From a bacterium (GTDB lineage: Bacteria; Zhuqueibacterota; Zhuqueibacteria; Oceanimicrobiales; Oceanimicrobiaceae), in contig JBHHXT010000004.1 of NCBI GenBank assembly GCA_046757165.1, forward strand, positions 1-64,000: DNA of 64,000 bases. The letters are read 5' to 3'. Numbering within the stretch: position 1 is the first letter of the stretch; the number at the start of each line of letters is the position of its first letter. The notes beneath the pieces are model-generated. The model searched no databases, was not told the DNA's origin, and worked only from the letters and a program-made list of their open reading frames with translations. Shown here piece by piece: positions 1 through 8,867 of the stretch. The position numbers were made by a program, and so were the translations under genes.

Positions 1-95
1 ATGTTAATCAATTTAAGTGCGTTGAATGGCAGCGCAGGTTATGCTTTCGATAGTTTGAAAAAAAACCCCGATGAACAACCTGGAGGAGACGAGCG

Positions 96-899
96 ATGTG
101 CACAAACACACCCCGTAAGCGCGGCAGCCGCCTGGCGTTCCTTGCACCTGTCATGTTATCGCTTTTGCTGTCCGCCGCCCACGCAGATGACAAGAATGTC
201 GCGAAGGCCAAAGAGTACTATGCGGCAGGCATGCAAGCGTTCAACGAGGGACGCTGGCAACCGGCTGTGAAGAACTTCAAAGCGAGCTACGACTTGTATG
301 CCCATTCAACAACGGCATACATGATGAGCTGTGCGTATCTGCAATTGGAGAATCCCGGACGCGCCGAGGCATTTGCGATCCTCGCCTTGCAAGAGCAGCC
401 ACGCCTGCAAGAGCCTTATGCCACGGATGCCAGGACCATCCTCTTGTGGGCAACCGAGGCCAAGAACGATGATTATTATCGCCTGAGTGGCAAGGGCGAT
501 GTGCCCGGACGTCCGGCTTCGCCTAAATCCCCGCCGCCCCGGCCCGCGACTCCCGCGCAAGTGGCGTTGAGCCCGAAACCAGGGCCCATAGGATTCATGA
601 CAAAGGTTATCATCGCCGCTGATCTTTCTGGTCAATGGCATTGCAATGACGGCGGCACCTACTTCTTGCGCCAGGTTGGCGATGAACTGTGGTGGTACGG
701 TCAGAGTCCCGATGGCGGCAAATCCTGGTCAAATGTTTTCCACGGCGAGCTGAATGGCAATCAAATCGTCGGCAAATGGGCAAACGTCCCTCATGGCAGA
801 ACGCAAAACGCCGGTGAGATGACGCTCGAAATCGTCGACGGCAAGCTGAAGGCGACCAGAAGAACAGGCGACTTCGGCGGAAACGAATGGAGCCGTTAG
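96..899 (+). CDS. Secreted TPR-containing hypothetical protein with Pro-rich linker and C-terminal Trp/Gly-rich beta domain
   Basis: GGAGGAG RBS upstream. Signal-peptide-like LLLSAAHA, TPR-like helices (AKEYYAAGMQAF...), Pro-rich linker, C-terminal DLSGQWHCNDGGTYFLRQ...WSR domain. Confidence 0.7.
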   Translation: MCTNTPRKRGSRLAFLAPVMLSLLLSAAHADDKNVAKAKEYYAAGMQAFNEGRWQPAVKNFKASYDLYAHSTTAYMMSCAYLQLENPGRAEAFAILALQEQPRLQEPYATDARTILLWATEAKNDDYYRLSGKGDVPGRPASPKSPPPRPATPAQVALSPKPGPIGFMTKVIIAADLSGQWHCNDGGTYFLRQVGDELWWYGQSPDGGKSWSNVFHGELNGNQIVGKWANVPHGRTQNAGEMTLEIVDGKLKATRRTGDFGGNEWSR

Positions 900-1116
900 A
901 AAGTGCGAACGTGCATTTGCGTGAATTAGCAATTTTTTCGGGGTGAGGCAGTAGTGAAGCCAACCACTTGACCTGCCGATAACCCTGAGAAAGAGCCATA
1001 AGTGCTGAGCCGGACAAACCCCGCAGAAGACGCGGGATTTAACAACCGGAAATTAGAAAACCGCAGCTTAAACGGCAAGACTCTACAACTCCTGTAGCAA
1101 CAAGATTGCAGTCGAC

Positions 1117-1461
1117 ATGTCTCAAAAACGAGCCTTGAAAAGAATCCAATTGCGCTGCAGATTGGATGTCTATGATGCCATTACAGAGAAAGGGTTAGGA
1201 CAGGTTCTCGACATTCACACGGCCGGCCTGCTGCTGTTGAGTGCCGAGCCGTTGGAAAGAAACGCTTCATTTAATCTCAGGCTGGCTTTACCGGAAGAAA
1301 TATGCGGCAAGCGTGCCATTACTTTTGAAGGGACGAGCGTCTGGGCAAAAGAGGAGGCGGAAATGGGTTTCCACACCACGGGTTTTTCGATGCAAAATAT
1401 GTCTGAAGAGAATAAAGCTGTGATCACTGCCTTGATAGAAATGTACGGCATTAGCAAGTAA
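1117..1461 (+). CDS. PilZ domain protein (c-di-GMP receptor type)
   Basis: RxxxR motif (RALKR), DxxxxG motif (DIHTAG), SVW...GF strands; 114 aa. Confidence 0.8.
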   Translation: MSQKRALKRIQLRCRLDVYDAITEKGLGQVLDIHTAGLLLLSAEPLERNASFNLRLALPEEICGKRAITFEGTSVWAKEEAEMGFHTTGFSMQNMSEENKAVITALIEMYGISK

Positions 1462-1472
1462 TCGAACCTCTG

Positions 1473-1721
1473 ATGTTTGGCCCATCCGCGCACAAGAGAA
1501 GAAGCTGGCAAAGAAAAGCCGCGGATAAGAACGCCGTCGTGCCGAGATATTTTGAAGTTTCTCCCTACAATGTCCTAATCGTCTGTGGCAAGTGTACGCA
1601 GAAGTTTCAACGCAATCTCATTCCAAACGTTAACGAACCGGTTTTCGTTTGTCCATCGCGCTCGTGCCAGACGAGAAACTGGGTGCCGGTGACCTACAAG
1701 CTCAGACATTTCCTGCTCTGA
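1473..1721 (+). CDS. Small zinc-ribbon protein
   Basis: CGKC...CPSRSC cysteine pairs; starts 11 nt after the PilZ stop codon. Confidence 0.6.
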   Translation: MFGPSAHKRRSWQRKAADKNAVVPRYFEVSPYNVLIVCGKCTQKFQRNLIPNVNEPVFVCPSRSCQTRNWVPVTYKLRHFLL

Positions 1722-1763
1722 CCTTGATTCTGCGATGCAACTTGCAACACGCGCCCTTTTTTC

Positions 1764-1792
1764 TTGACAAACCTTTTTTAAATGACTATTTT
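1764..1792 (+). promoter_or_regulatory. sigma70-type promoter for the DinB-family gene
   Basis: TTGACA-17 nt-TATTTT. Confidence 0.55.
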
Positions 1793-1891
1793 TTCTCACC
1801 TGTTCCGTTGCAGCCCATTCGTTTCGATTACGAGTGTGGCCCGCTGGCCATCTCGTTCGACATGGTGGATGCTTCAAATAAGGAGGGTGTG

Positions 1892-2503
1892 ATGGTAACT
1901 TTAGATGACGTATATGGCCTGGAGAAACTGATTTCAGCCATCGAAAAGGTCAACGACCAGGTGACACGACAGTTCAAGTCCCTGTCGCTGGATGACTTTT
2001 TCGCGCGGCCCGGAGAGAAATGGTCAGCGTCCGACACGTTGCGCCACCTGACGAAAACGGTCAACGCCGTGGCGCGGGCGATGCGAGTGCCGAAGGTCAT
2101 CCTTGGCATGGCTTTTGGCAAAATCGACAGACCATCCAGGCAATACTTCGAGATTCGAGAACTCTATCAGAAGCATATCGACATGAATGCCGGTGCAGGG
2201 AAATACGCACCTGCCTGGCAGGAAATTCCGGCGACACAGGCCGAAGCCGAAATGCTGCGCAGGCGGACCATCAAGCAATGGAGGAAAACCGGAAAATCTC
2301 TGGTGCAGTCGCTCAACATCTGGACAGACTCCAAGCTTGACAAGTATCACCTGCCCCATCCCATTCTTGGCAAACTGAGCATCCGGGAAATGCTGTTTTT
2401 CACGCTCTACCACAACCTGCACCACGTCGGTAGCGTGCGGCGGCGCGTACAGGAAATGCATGCCCGCCAGGTGCGGTCAGGCCAGGACCGGCGGCGGACG
2501 TAA
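1892..2503 (+). CDS. DinB/YfiT-like family protein
   Basis: KWSASDTLRHL and HPILGKLSIREML...HNLHH motifs. Start moved to ATG 1892 behind AAGGAGG (1880-1886). Confidence 0.8.
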   Translation: MVTLDDVYGLEKLISAIEKVNDQVTRQFKSLSLDDFFARPGEKWSASDTLRHLTKTVNAVARAMRVPKVILGMAFGKIDRPSRQYFEIRELYQKHIDMNAGAGKYAPAWQEIPATQAEAEMLRRRTIKQWRKTGKSLVQSLNIWTDSKLDKYHLPHPILGKLSIREMLFFTLYHNLHHVGSVRRRVQEMHARQVRSGQDRRRT

Positions 2504-2626
2504 CGCTGGCGACTCACCATGGTCAGGGCAGAAAGAAAGTGAGCGAGTGCGTTTCTGTTACTTTTTGGCAAAACTTTTTGTGGTCCAGCTTTTTTCGAAT
2601 TTCCGGCTTAGGGGGCCTGAACAAGT

Positions 2627-2745
2627 GGGGGCTGTCCAAAAAGGTGTGGACTGCGTCCCGTGCTTTTCAACGGGACGCAACGAGGGAGATTGCTTCGCGA
2701 AAAGCCTTCGCAATGACATCTCCTGGGACTTTCTGGACAAACCCC
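2627..2745. mobile_element. MITE/REP-like element with imperfect terminal inverted repeats
   Basis: TIRs GGGGGCTGTCCAAAAAG (2627-2643) and CTTTCTGGACAAACCCC (2729-2745), 14/17 match. Internal hairpin TGCGTCCCG..CGGGACGCA and a GAGATTGCTTCG..TTCGCAATGAC repeat-like motif. Confidence 0.55.
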
Positions 2746-2787
2746 TGAACGACTCTGAACCTCTGGCGAAGGCCAGATTGAAAAACG

Positions 2788-3885
2788 ATGGAGGAAAAAA
2801 TGGGGCCTGTACGGACAATTCGTGTACTCATGGTGATCTTTTCCCTGTTCGCGTCTTTGTGTCATGCACAGATCGACAACGTGCAGGATCTCATGCGCAG
2901 CGGAGTCGACGACGCAACCTTGCTGCTAAAAGCCTACCTGACGCCATTTGGCAATGGGTTTGGCGCGGACCTCAACAGCGGCTGGGCCACGAGTGCTCGC
3001 ACGCACAGGGTGCTGGGATTTGATATTACGGTCTCCGCCAATGCTGCCATCGCTCCGGAAAGCGAAAAGCTCTTCGACATCACTGCGCTCGGGCTGCAAA
3101 ACCTGAGGTTGGTCGCCAATGAAAATCCGCTGACGCCATCTGTGGTCGGAGATGATGATCCGGGGCCGGAAGTTGCCGTGATTCTGAACAATCCCTTCAC
3201 CGGGCAAGATGAAATCGTCACCACGTTTCGAATGCCACAAGGCGTTGGATTCCGGTATGTTCCCTCGCCGATGGTCCAGGCTGCCATCGGCGTGCCTTTG
3301 AACACAGATGTGATCATCCGCTATTTCCCCGAAATCACATTTGATAACGATGTGGGCCGCATGAAAATGGGCGGGATTGGAATCAAGCACGAGTTGAACC
3401 AGTGGCTACCGGGTGGCAACATGCTCCCGTTCGACCTGGCGGTCCTGCTGGGCGTCACAACATTTCAGGCTGAAGCAGACCTGGAGGTCAACCCTGACCC
3501 ACAGGCCATCCAGACGGGCGCGTCCTATGACTTCCAGCAAGTCGATATCGAAGCGACGGCGTTTGCCTTCAACATCATGATCTCCAAGAAGTTGGCAGTT
3601 TTGACTCTGTTTGGCGGGGTCGGAATTGAATCTTCTTCTCTGGATATCAAATTGGAAGGGAGATTTCCCGTCACGCTGATCGAGACCGAGCCCCTGAGCC
3701 CCAATTTTGGCAAGACGGTGATCGTGGATTTCGAGGACCCGGTCCACCTTTCGTTCAATGGCGCAAACTCGGCCCGTGCCAACGTCGGCGTGCAGCTCGA
3801 ACTCGCGATTCTGTCCGCCTATCTCAGTTATACCTTCTCTGAGTATCCGGTCGCAACCGCCGGGATCGGGTTTACGTTGCGCTAG
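2788..3885 (+). CDS. DUF6588-like outer-membrane beta-barrel protein
   Basis: Signal peptide, YLTPFGNGFGADLNSGW motif, amphipathic beta strands ending IGFTLR. Confidence 0.7.
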   Translation: MEEKMGPVRTIRVLMVIFSLFASLCHAQIDNVQDLMRSGVDDATLLLKAYLTPFGNGFGADLNSGWATSARTHRVLGFDITVSANAAIAPESEKLFDITALGLQNLRLVANENPLTPSVVGDDDPGPEVAVILNNPFTGQDEIVTTFRMPQGVGFRYVPSPMVQAAIGVPLNTDVIIRYFPEITFDNDVGRMKMGGIGIKHELNQWLPGGNMLPFDLAVLLGVTTFQAEADLEVNPDPQAIQTGASYDFQQVDIEATAFAFNIMISKKLAVLTLFGGVGIESSSLDIKLEGRFPVTLIETEPLSPNFGKTVIVDFEDPVHLSFNGANSARANVGVQLELAILSAYLSYTFSEYPVATAGIGFTLR

Positions 3886-5186
3886 ATTGAGGTGTAAATA
3901 TAACTGGCCAGAACAATGAGCAGCACACCGGGCACCAGCCACCGAATCCAGAAATAATACAATCTGTGCCAAACGGTGTGTTCACCGCCGAAGATTTCCT
4001 GCAGCGCCTTTGCTTGACCTAACCCCCAGGCCACGCCAAGGACTGCCATCGCAGAGCCAAACATCTGCATGGCGGAGCCGAAGATCAAATCCAACGTACC
4101 GATGAGCGGCGGATGTAGCGCGCTTGGAAGAATAAGCCCGGCCTCAAGAAACCCGATAAATACGACGATTCGAGTCCGGCTCAACGGTTGCTTGCGGCCA
4201 TCGTTGATACCGCCTGCCAGCACTTCCAGCGCCGCGACGTTTGACAGGAACGCCACCACAAACAGGGCGGCCATGAACAGGCTGCCAATCAACCGTCCCG
4301 CTGGCATCACACTGAACAGCTTTGGCAGGGTGGAGAAAATCAGGCCCGGTCCGGCCGCCATGTCCAGGTCGAAGACAAGAATGGAAGGGATAACGAACAG
4401 CCCGGCCAACAAAGCCGCACTTGCGTCTCCCAATCCCGTGATGATAGCTGACTTCGGGATATCTGCATCGTCCTTCAGATAGCTGCCATAGATAAGCAAG
4501 AATGTACCGCCCAGACCGAGTGAGAAAGCCGCTTGACCCAGCGCTGCAAATATTTGCCTGGGATGCATGGCTGAAAAATCTGGCTTCAAAAAGAGAGCGA
4601 ACTTGGCAGGGGCGCCCTCGAGGAAAAAGGCATTGAATACGAGATACATGAGGGTGACCGTAAAAAACGGCACGAAGAGTTTGCTGACCGTTTCAATGCC
4701 CTTGTTTAGCCCGCGGTGGATGACAAACAAGCTGGCCAACAGCGTCCCAACAGCGATTTGATATTGCAAAACCCCATCGTTCAGTCCCGTTTGAAAAAGC
4801 TCGAAATTGTTCTCATCGAATCCGTAGGTCATGGAAAAAACGCCGGTGTAGACGACGTTTGCAATGACCACCAGGTAGTAGGAGTTCGCGATCAGGACAG
4901 TGAAAAGCAGCAAGTAGCCCAGTATTTTCCCGGGCACCGGACCGGCTACAGCAGAAAAAGCACCGATGGGTCCCTTGCGCGTGGACCGGCCCAGGGCCCA
5001 CTCCGCCATGACCGCAGGAATGGCAAGCGCAAAGGTAAAAAACAGATAGACGAATAGAAACGCGCTGCCACCGTATTTTCCCATCATGTACGGAAAACGC
5101 CAGACATTCCCCAACCCGATCGAGACTCCGATCATGGTCAAGATCATGGAAACTTTGGAGGTGAAGATTTCTCTTTTCTGCACCAT
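3882..5186 (-). CDS. Sodium-dependent transporter, NSS/SNF family
   Basis: IGLGNVWRFPY, GGSAFL and ALGQAAFSLGLG motifs; many TM helices. Confidence 0.93.
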   Translation of the reverse strand: MVQKREIFTSKVSMILTMIGVSIGLGNVWRFPYMMGKYGGSAFLFVYLFFTFALAIPAVMAEWALGRSTRKGPIGAFSAVAGPVPGKILGYLLLFTVLIANSYYLVVIANVVYTGVFSMTYGFDENNFELFQTGLNDGVLQYQIAVGTLLASLFVIHRGLNKGIETVSKLFVPFFTVTLMYLVFNAFFLEGAPAKFALFLKPDFSAMHPRQIFAALGQAAFSLGLGGTFLLIYGSYLKDDADIPKSAIITGLGDASAALLAGLFVIPSILVFDLDMAAGPGLIFSTLPKLFSVMPAGRLIGSLFMAALFVVAFLSNVAALEVLAGGINDGRKQPLSRTRIVVFIGFLEAGLILPSALHPPLIGTLDLIFGSAMQMFGSAMAVLGVAWGLGQAKALQEIFGGEHTVWHRLYYFWIRWLVPGVLLIVLASYIYTSI

Positions 5187-5560
5187 TCACTCACTGGTTC
5201 GGTCATAAGAAATGATGTGATCCCACTCATCCGCACCGGAGCGGGCCACGAACGCAATCACTGGCTCGGTATCGGTATCGCTGGTATTGAACACCTCGTG
5301 CGGCATACCGGGTTCACCCGACCCTGAACAATGTAAAGCATGACTTCAAAATCGACGTGGATATGGGCGCGTGCAACACCACCTGGCGGAATGGTCGCGA
5401 CGTTTATGGAAAGCTCCTTCGCCCCTACGTTTTTGCCGGACATGCCGGTCTTGTAGGTGATGCCGTTCCAGGCGCGCTAACCGCCGCCCCCGCGGATGAC
5501 GGCAATGCCATTGTGGTTCTCGATCCGGCCAGGGATGTTTGATTCTTCATTCGTGCTCAC
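5187..5560 (-). pseudogene. Cupin-domain protein pseudogene
   Basis: GTG start behind GGAGG. In-frame TAG at 5477-5479. Cupin motif 1 (AHIHVDFE) and motif 2 (EPGMPHEVFN) lie in different frames with the intervening strand missing (junction about 5315). TGA abuts the transporter ATG. Confidence 0.8.
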
Positions 5561-5605
5561 AATATTCCTCCAGGTATTCTGTGTCAGATGCACAATATCC
5601 CAAAC

Positions 5606-5852
5606 AATTTCAAAATGTTCAAGCACTTTGTTCAGTCGCTCGTGCCAGACGTGGCAATTGGTGGGGAATCAACAAGGGCTGGCTGCTCGACGTTTGTCGC
5701 GAAGTTCCTTCTACCGGAAGAATGTGGAAAAGCCACCTGCCAAAACGAGTCTCCAACCAACCGACGTCAACAAGTTGAACCAGGTGGCTTCTTTAAGGGA
5801 GGAAGGGTACTGATTGCATATATAGGTATAGACTGGAGTTGAGGTGAATTTC
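5606..5852 (+). mobile_element. Probable IS110-family relic: structured left end plus the first 10 codons of a DEDD transposase
   Basis: RBS AAGGGAGG (5795-5802), then CTG..LIAYIGIDWS-stop (5810-5842), matching the IS110 N-terminal GID motif. Upstream stem-loops. Boundaries uncertain. Confidence 0.5.
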
Positions 5853-5868
5853 TCTCATAAAGAAGCTC

Positions 5869-6375
5869 TTATTTCATCAAAACATAACTTTCAAATCGGT
5901 AGCCATCCCGGTCTTCATTGGCGATGCGCTTGAATCTGCCGCCAATAAGATAGTGATATTCCGGGAAAAAGGCATCCCCCTGGTACTCATCCTCGATAAT
6001 TGTCAACTCCAGACGGCTGGCCAGGAATAAGGTCTTTTCGAAGACTTGTTCCCCGCCGATGACAAACACGGTGCGTTGGTCAGCGAGGCCTTCGAGCGCA
6101 TCTTCCAATGAAGCAAACGTCAGGACCTCAGGGTAGGTGGGATAGGTTTTGGTACGGGTGAGAACGACATTTTGCCGCTGCGGGAGGGGCTTGCCGTTTC
6201 GCTGCAGGATAGATTCAAACGTATTTCGACCCATCAGCACTGTGTGGCCTGAGGTCAGTCGCTTGAATCGTTTCAAATCTTCAGAGATATGCCACGGGAG
6301 CTTGCCTTCCTTGCCGATGACCCGATTGCGTTCGGCGAGCGCGGCGACAATGACAAGCTCCGGCTTCGTCATCAT
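5869..6375 (-). CDS. folA: Dihydrofolate reductase
   Basis: VIG..GKLPWH..EDLKRFK, MGRNT, PLPQR, IGG and GDAFFP motifs; overlaps the thyA stop codon. Confidence 0.97.
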   Translation of the reverse strand: MMTKPELVIVAALAERNRVIGKEGKLPWHISEDLKRFKRLTSGHTVLMGRNTFESILQRNGKPLPQRQNVVLTRTKTYPTYPEVLTFASLEDALEGLADQRTVFVIGGEQVFEKTLFLASRLELTIIEDEYQGDAFFPEYHYLIGGRFKRIANEDRDGYRFESYVLMK

Positions 6376-7229
6376 ACCGCCACCGCGAACTTGATGGGCT
6401 CATGAGACTGGTACTCGACGAGCTCGAAATCCTCGAACTGCAGGCGCTCGAACGGCTTGGGGGCGATTCTCAGTTTCGGCAGGGGCAACGGCTCTCTCGC
6501 GAGCTGCTCTTTCAAATTGTCGATGTGGTTGACGTAGATGTGCGCGTCGACCAGTGTATGCGCAAATTCTCCGACTTCGAGGCCGACTTCTTGTGCGATG
6601 GCTTGCGTCAGCAAAGCATAGCAGGCCAGATTAAACGGGACGCCGAGGGCGATATCGGCGCTGCGCTGCGTCAGGTGGCAGTTCAGGCGCCCGTTTTGCA
6701 CGTTCAACACCCAGAAGGCGTGGCACGGCGGCAGCTTGCTGACCACCGCATTGGCCGGGTGCCAGGCGCTGATGACGATTCTGCGCGAGTTCGGGTTATG
6801 TTCGAGCTCGGAAATCGCCCACCCGATCTGGTCAAAGGTGAGCGAGCCGGTTCTCTCTCGCTTCACGAAGGGATGGCTGGCGTCAACGAAGACTTCTTCC
6901 CCCAGCACCGCGCCCTGTTCAGGCACCGGGTAACGCCGCCAGTAACGGCCGTAGGCCGTCTCCAGGTTGCCCTGCTCATCGGCCCAGTCGTCCCATATCC
7001 GGGTGTATTTTCGGAGCTCCCGAATGTGGTCCTGGCCAGAAAGGTACCAGAAAACCTCGCGCAACATGGCGTTGAAATTGACTTTTTTGGTGGTCAACAG
7101 GGGGTAGCCCGCGCTCAAGTCAACACGATAGAATTCAGCGAAGGTAGAAATCGTATCTACCCCTGTGCGGTTGCTTTTGAGACAGCCCTGCGTGAGGACC
7201 CGGTCGACGAGGTTGAGATATTGTTCCAT
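6372..7229 (-). CDS. thyA: Thymidylate synthase
   Basis: NRTG, PLLTTK, LPPCH (catalytic Cys), QRSAD, GVPFN and HIY motifs. Start taken as MEQYL. Confidence 0.97.
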   Translation of the reverse strand: MEQYLNLVDRVLTQGCLKSNRTGVDTISTFAEFYRVDLSAGYPLLTTKKVNFNAMLREVFWYLSGQDHIRELRKYTRIWDDWADEQGNLETAYGRYWRRYPVPEQGAVLGEEVFVDASHPFVKRERTGSLTFDQIGWAISELEHNPNSRRIVISAWHPANAVVSKLPPCHAFWVLNVQNGRLNCHLTQRSADIALGVPFNLACYALLTQAIAQEVGLEVGEFAHTLVDAHIYVNHIDNLKEQLAREPLPLPKLRIAPKPFERLQFEDFELVEYQSHEPIKFAVAV

Positions 7230-7323
7230 ACGCGCCAATCTCTTCGCTTTAGTCAGCAAAAGTAGTAATCCCGTCAGATTTTAGCAATAAGTTTTTTACT
7301 CGATGTTTGGAGAAAGATGTTGC

Positions 7324-7352
7324 TTGAATCTATGGGAATTCTTTTGCATATT
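7324..7352 (+). promoter_or_regulatory. sigma70-type promoter for the aminopeptidase gene
   Basis: TTGAAT-17 nt-CATATT. Confidence 0.4.
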
Positions 7353-7382
7353 ACGCCGAATCAGGAATGAAAGGAGAAACTC

Positions 7383-8498
7383 ATGCACGACCCTCGCTTC
7401 GCCAGATTAGCTGACCTTCTTGTTCACCACTCAATCTGCCTTCAGCCGGGAGAAACCGTCCTCATCGAAGCCGTCGACATCCCGGATGAAATGAACATCG
7501 TTCTGATCCGCAAGGTCAGAGAAGCCGGTGGCATCCCGCTGGTGACGATCAAACACAACCGCATTCAACGCGAGCTCGTTCGCAGCGACGATGCCATGAC
7601 CATGCAGCTTGCCGGCGAGTGCGAGGCGTTTCGCATGAAAAAAGTCCAGGCGTATATCGGGTTGCGCGGCAGCCACAACATCAACGAAATGTCCGACGTG
7701 CCGACCAAAGCCATGAGGCTGTACGAACAGCACTGGCTCGAGCCGGTCCACTTTGACATCCGGGTGCCGAAGACGAAGTGGGTCGTCTTGCGCTGGCCAA
7801 CTTCATCCATGGCGCAGCAGGCCCAAAAGAGCACCGAAGCGTTTGAAGATTTCTACTTCGACGTTTGCACGCTCGATTACAGCAAGATGGAAAGGGCTGC
7901 CGAGCCGCTCAAATCACTCATGGAACAAACCGAAGAAGTCCGCATCATTGCTCCGGGCACGGACCTGAGATTCAGCATCAAAGATATTCCGGTGGTGGCC
8001 TGCGCGGGGACACACAACATTCCGGATGGCGAATGTTTTACGGCGCCGGTTCGCGATTCCGTGCAGGGCACCATCCAGTTCAACACCGCCTCCCTCTACC
8101 GGGGCACGGCCTTCACGGATATCCACCTGCGATTCGAAAATGGCAAAATTGTGGCAGCGTCGGCAAACAAGACAGAGAAGCTCAACGAGATTCTGAGTGC
8201 TGACGAAGGGGCCCGCTACGTCGGCGAATTCGCGCTCGGCTTTAATCCGTACATCACCGGGCCGATGCTCGACACCTTGTTCGATGAAAAGATTGCGGGG
8301 TCATTTCATTTTACTCCAGGACAAGCCTATGAAGACGCCGACAACGGCAACCGCTCCAACATTCATTGGGACATGGTCCTCATCCAGACCCCGGAGTTTG
8401 GCGGCGGCGAAATCTATTTTGATGGGGTGCTGATTCGGAAAGACGGGCGGTTCGTGCTTCAAGAGTTGCAACCGCTGAATCCGGAGCATTTGAAATGA
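7383..8498 (+). CDS. Aminopeptidase, M29 (AmpS/AmpT) family
   Basis: NIPDGECFTAP, GEFALG, LFDEKI and IHWD motifs; AAAGGAG RBS. Confidence 0.93.
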   Translation: MHDPRFARLADLLVHHSICLQPGETVLIEAVDIPDEMNIVLIRKVREAGGIPLVTIKHNRIQRELVRSDDAMTMQLAGECEAFRMKKVQAYIGLRGSHNINEMSDVPTKAMRLYEQHWLEPVHFDIRVPKTKWVVLRWPTSSMAQQAQKSTEAFEDFYFDVCTLDYSKMERAAEPLKSLMEQTEEVRIIAPGTDLRFSIKDIPVVACAGTHNIPDGECFTAPVRDSVQGTIQFNTASLYRGTAFTDIHLRFENGKIVAASANKTEKLNEILSADEGARYVGEFALGFNPYITGPMLDTLFDEKIAGSFHFTPGQAYEDADNGNRSNIHWDMVLIQTPEFGGGEIYFDGVLIRKDGRFVLQELQPLNPEHLK

Positions 8499-8543
8499 AC
8501 CCGGGGTCAGGGACAGCGTTTCCGAATCAAAGCACCGATCCTG

Positions 8544-8613
8544 CACGGTCTCTGACCGTGTATCTTGGGGCCCAGGGTGCCTTGCAGGACACTAAACACA
8601 GTCAGAGACTGTG
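8544..8613. repeat. Inverted doublet of 18-nt palindromic REP-like units (REPIN-like)
   Basis: CACGGTCTCTGACCGTGT (8544-8561) and ACACAGTCAGAGACTGTG (8596-8613). Each is a hairpin; they are inverted copies differing by one compensatory pair. Confidence 0.6.
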
Positions 8614-8867
8614 TCGGACCTGTGGGTCCGTAAATACGCCTATTGATGCAAGGGAGGAACAGGTTGAACGCCTTGCGGCGATGTGAACTTCTACAAGGAG
8701 CTGTTTTTATTTGGGAATAACGTCTGGGGTTCTTAAGGGCAACTTCTCTATGTTCGCTATCTCGACTGCCAATCTACTTCTTTGCACGCGGGGTGCCATT
8801 CGTTCCGTCCGCGTTTCCAATGGCCTTCAGGTAGGCATAGCATAACATTGTTCCCACAAGTTCGTGC

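Noticed and set aside
5477..5479. In-frame TAG in the cupin gene as pyrrolysine or stop-codon recoding
   Set aside because: The same gene also has a deletion with frameshift, and TAG ends normal genes in this window (e.g. 897-899), so decay is the simpler explanation.
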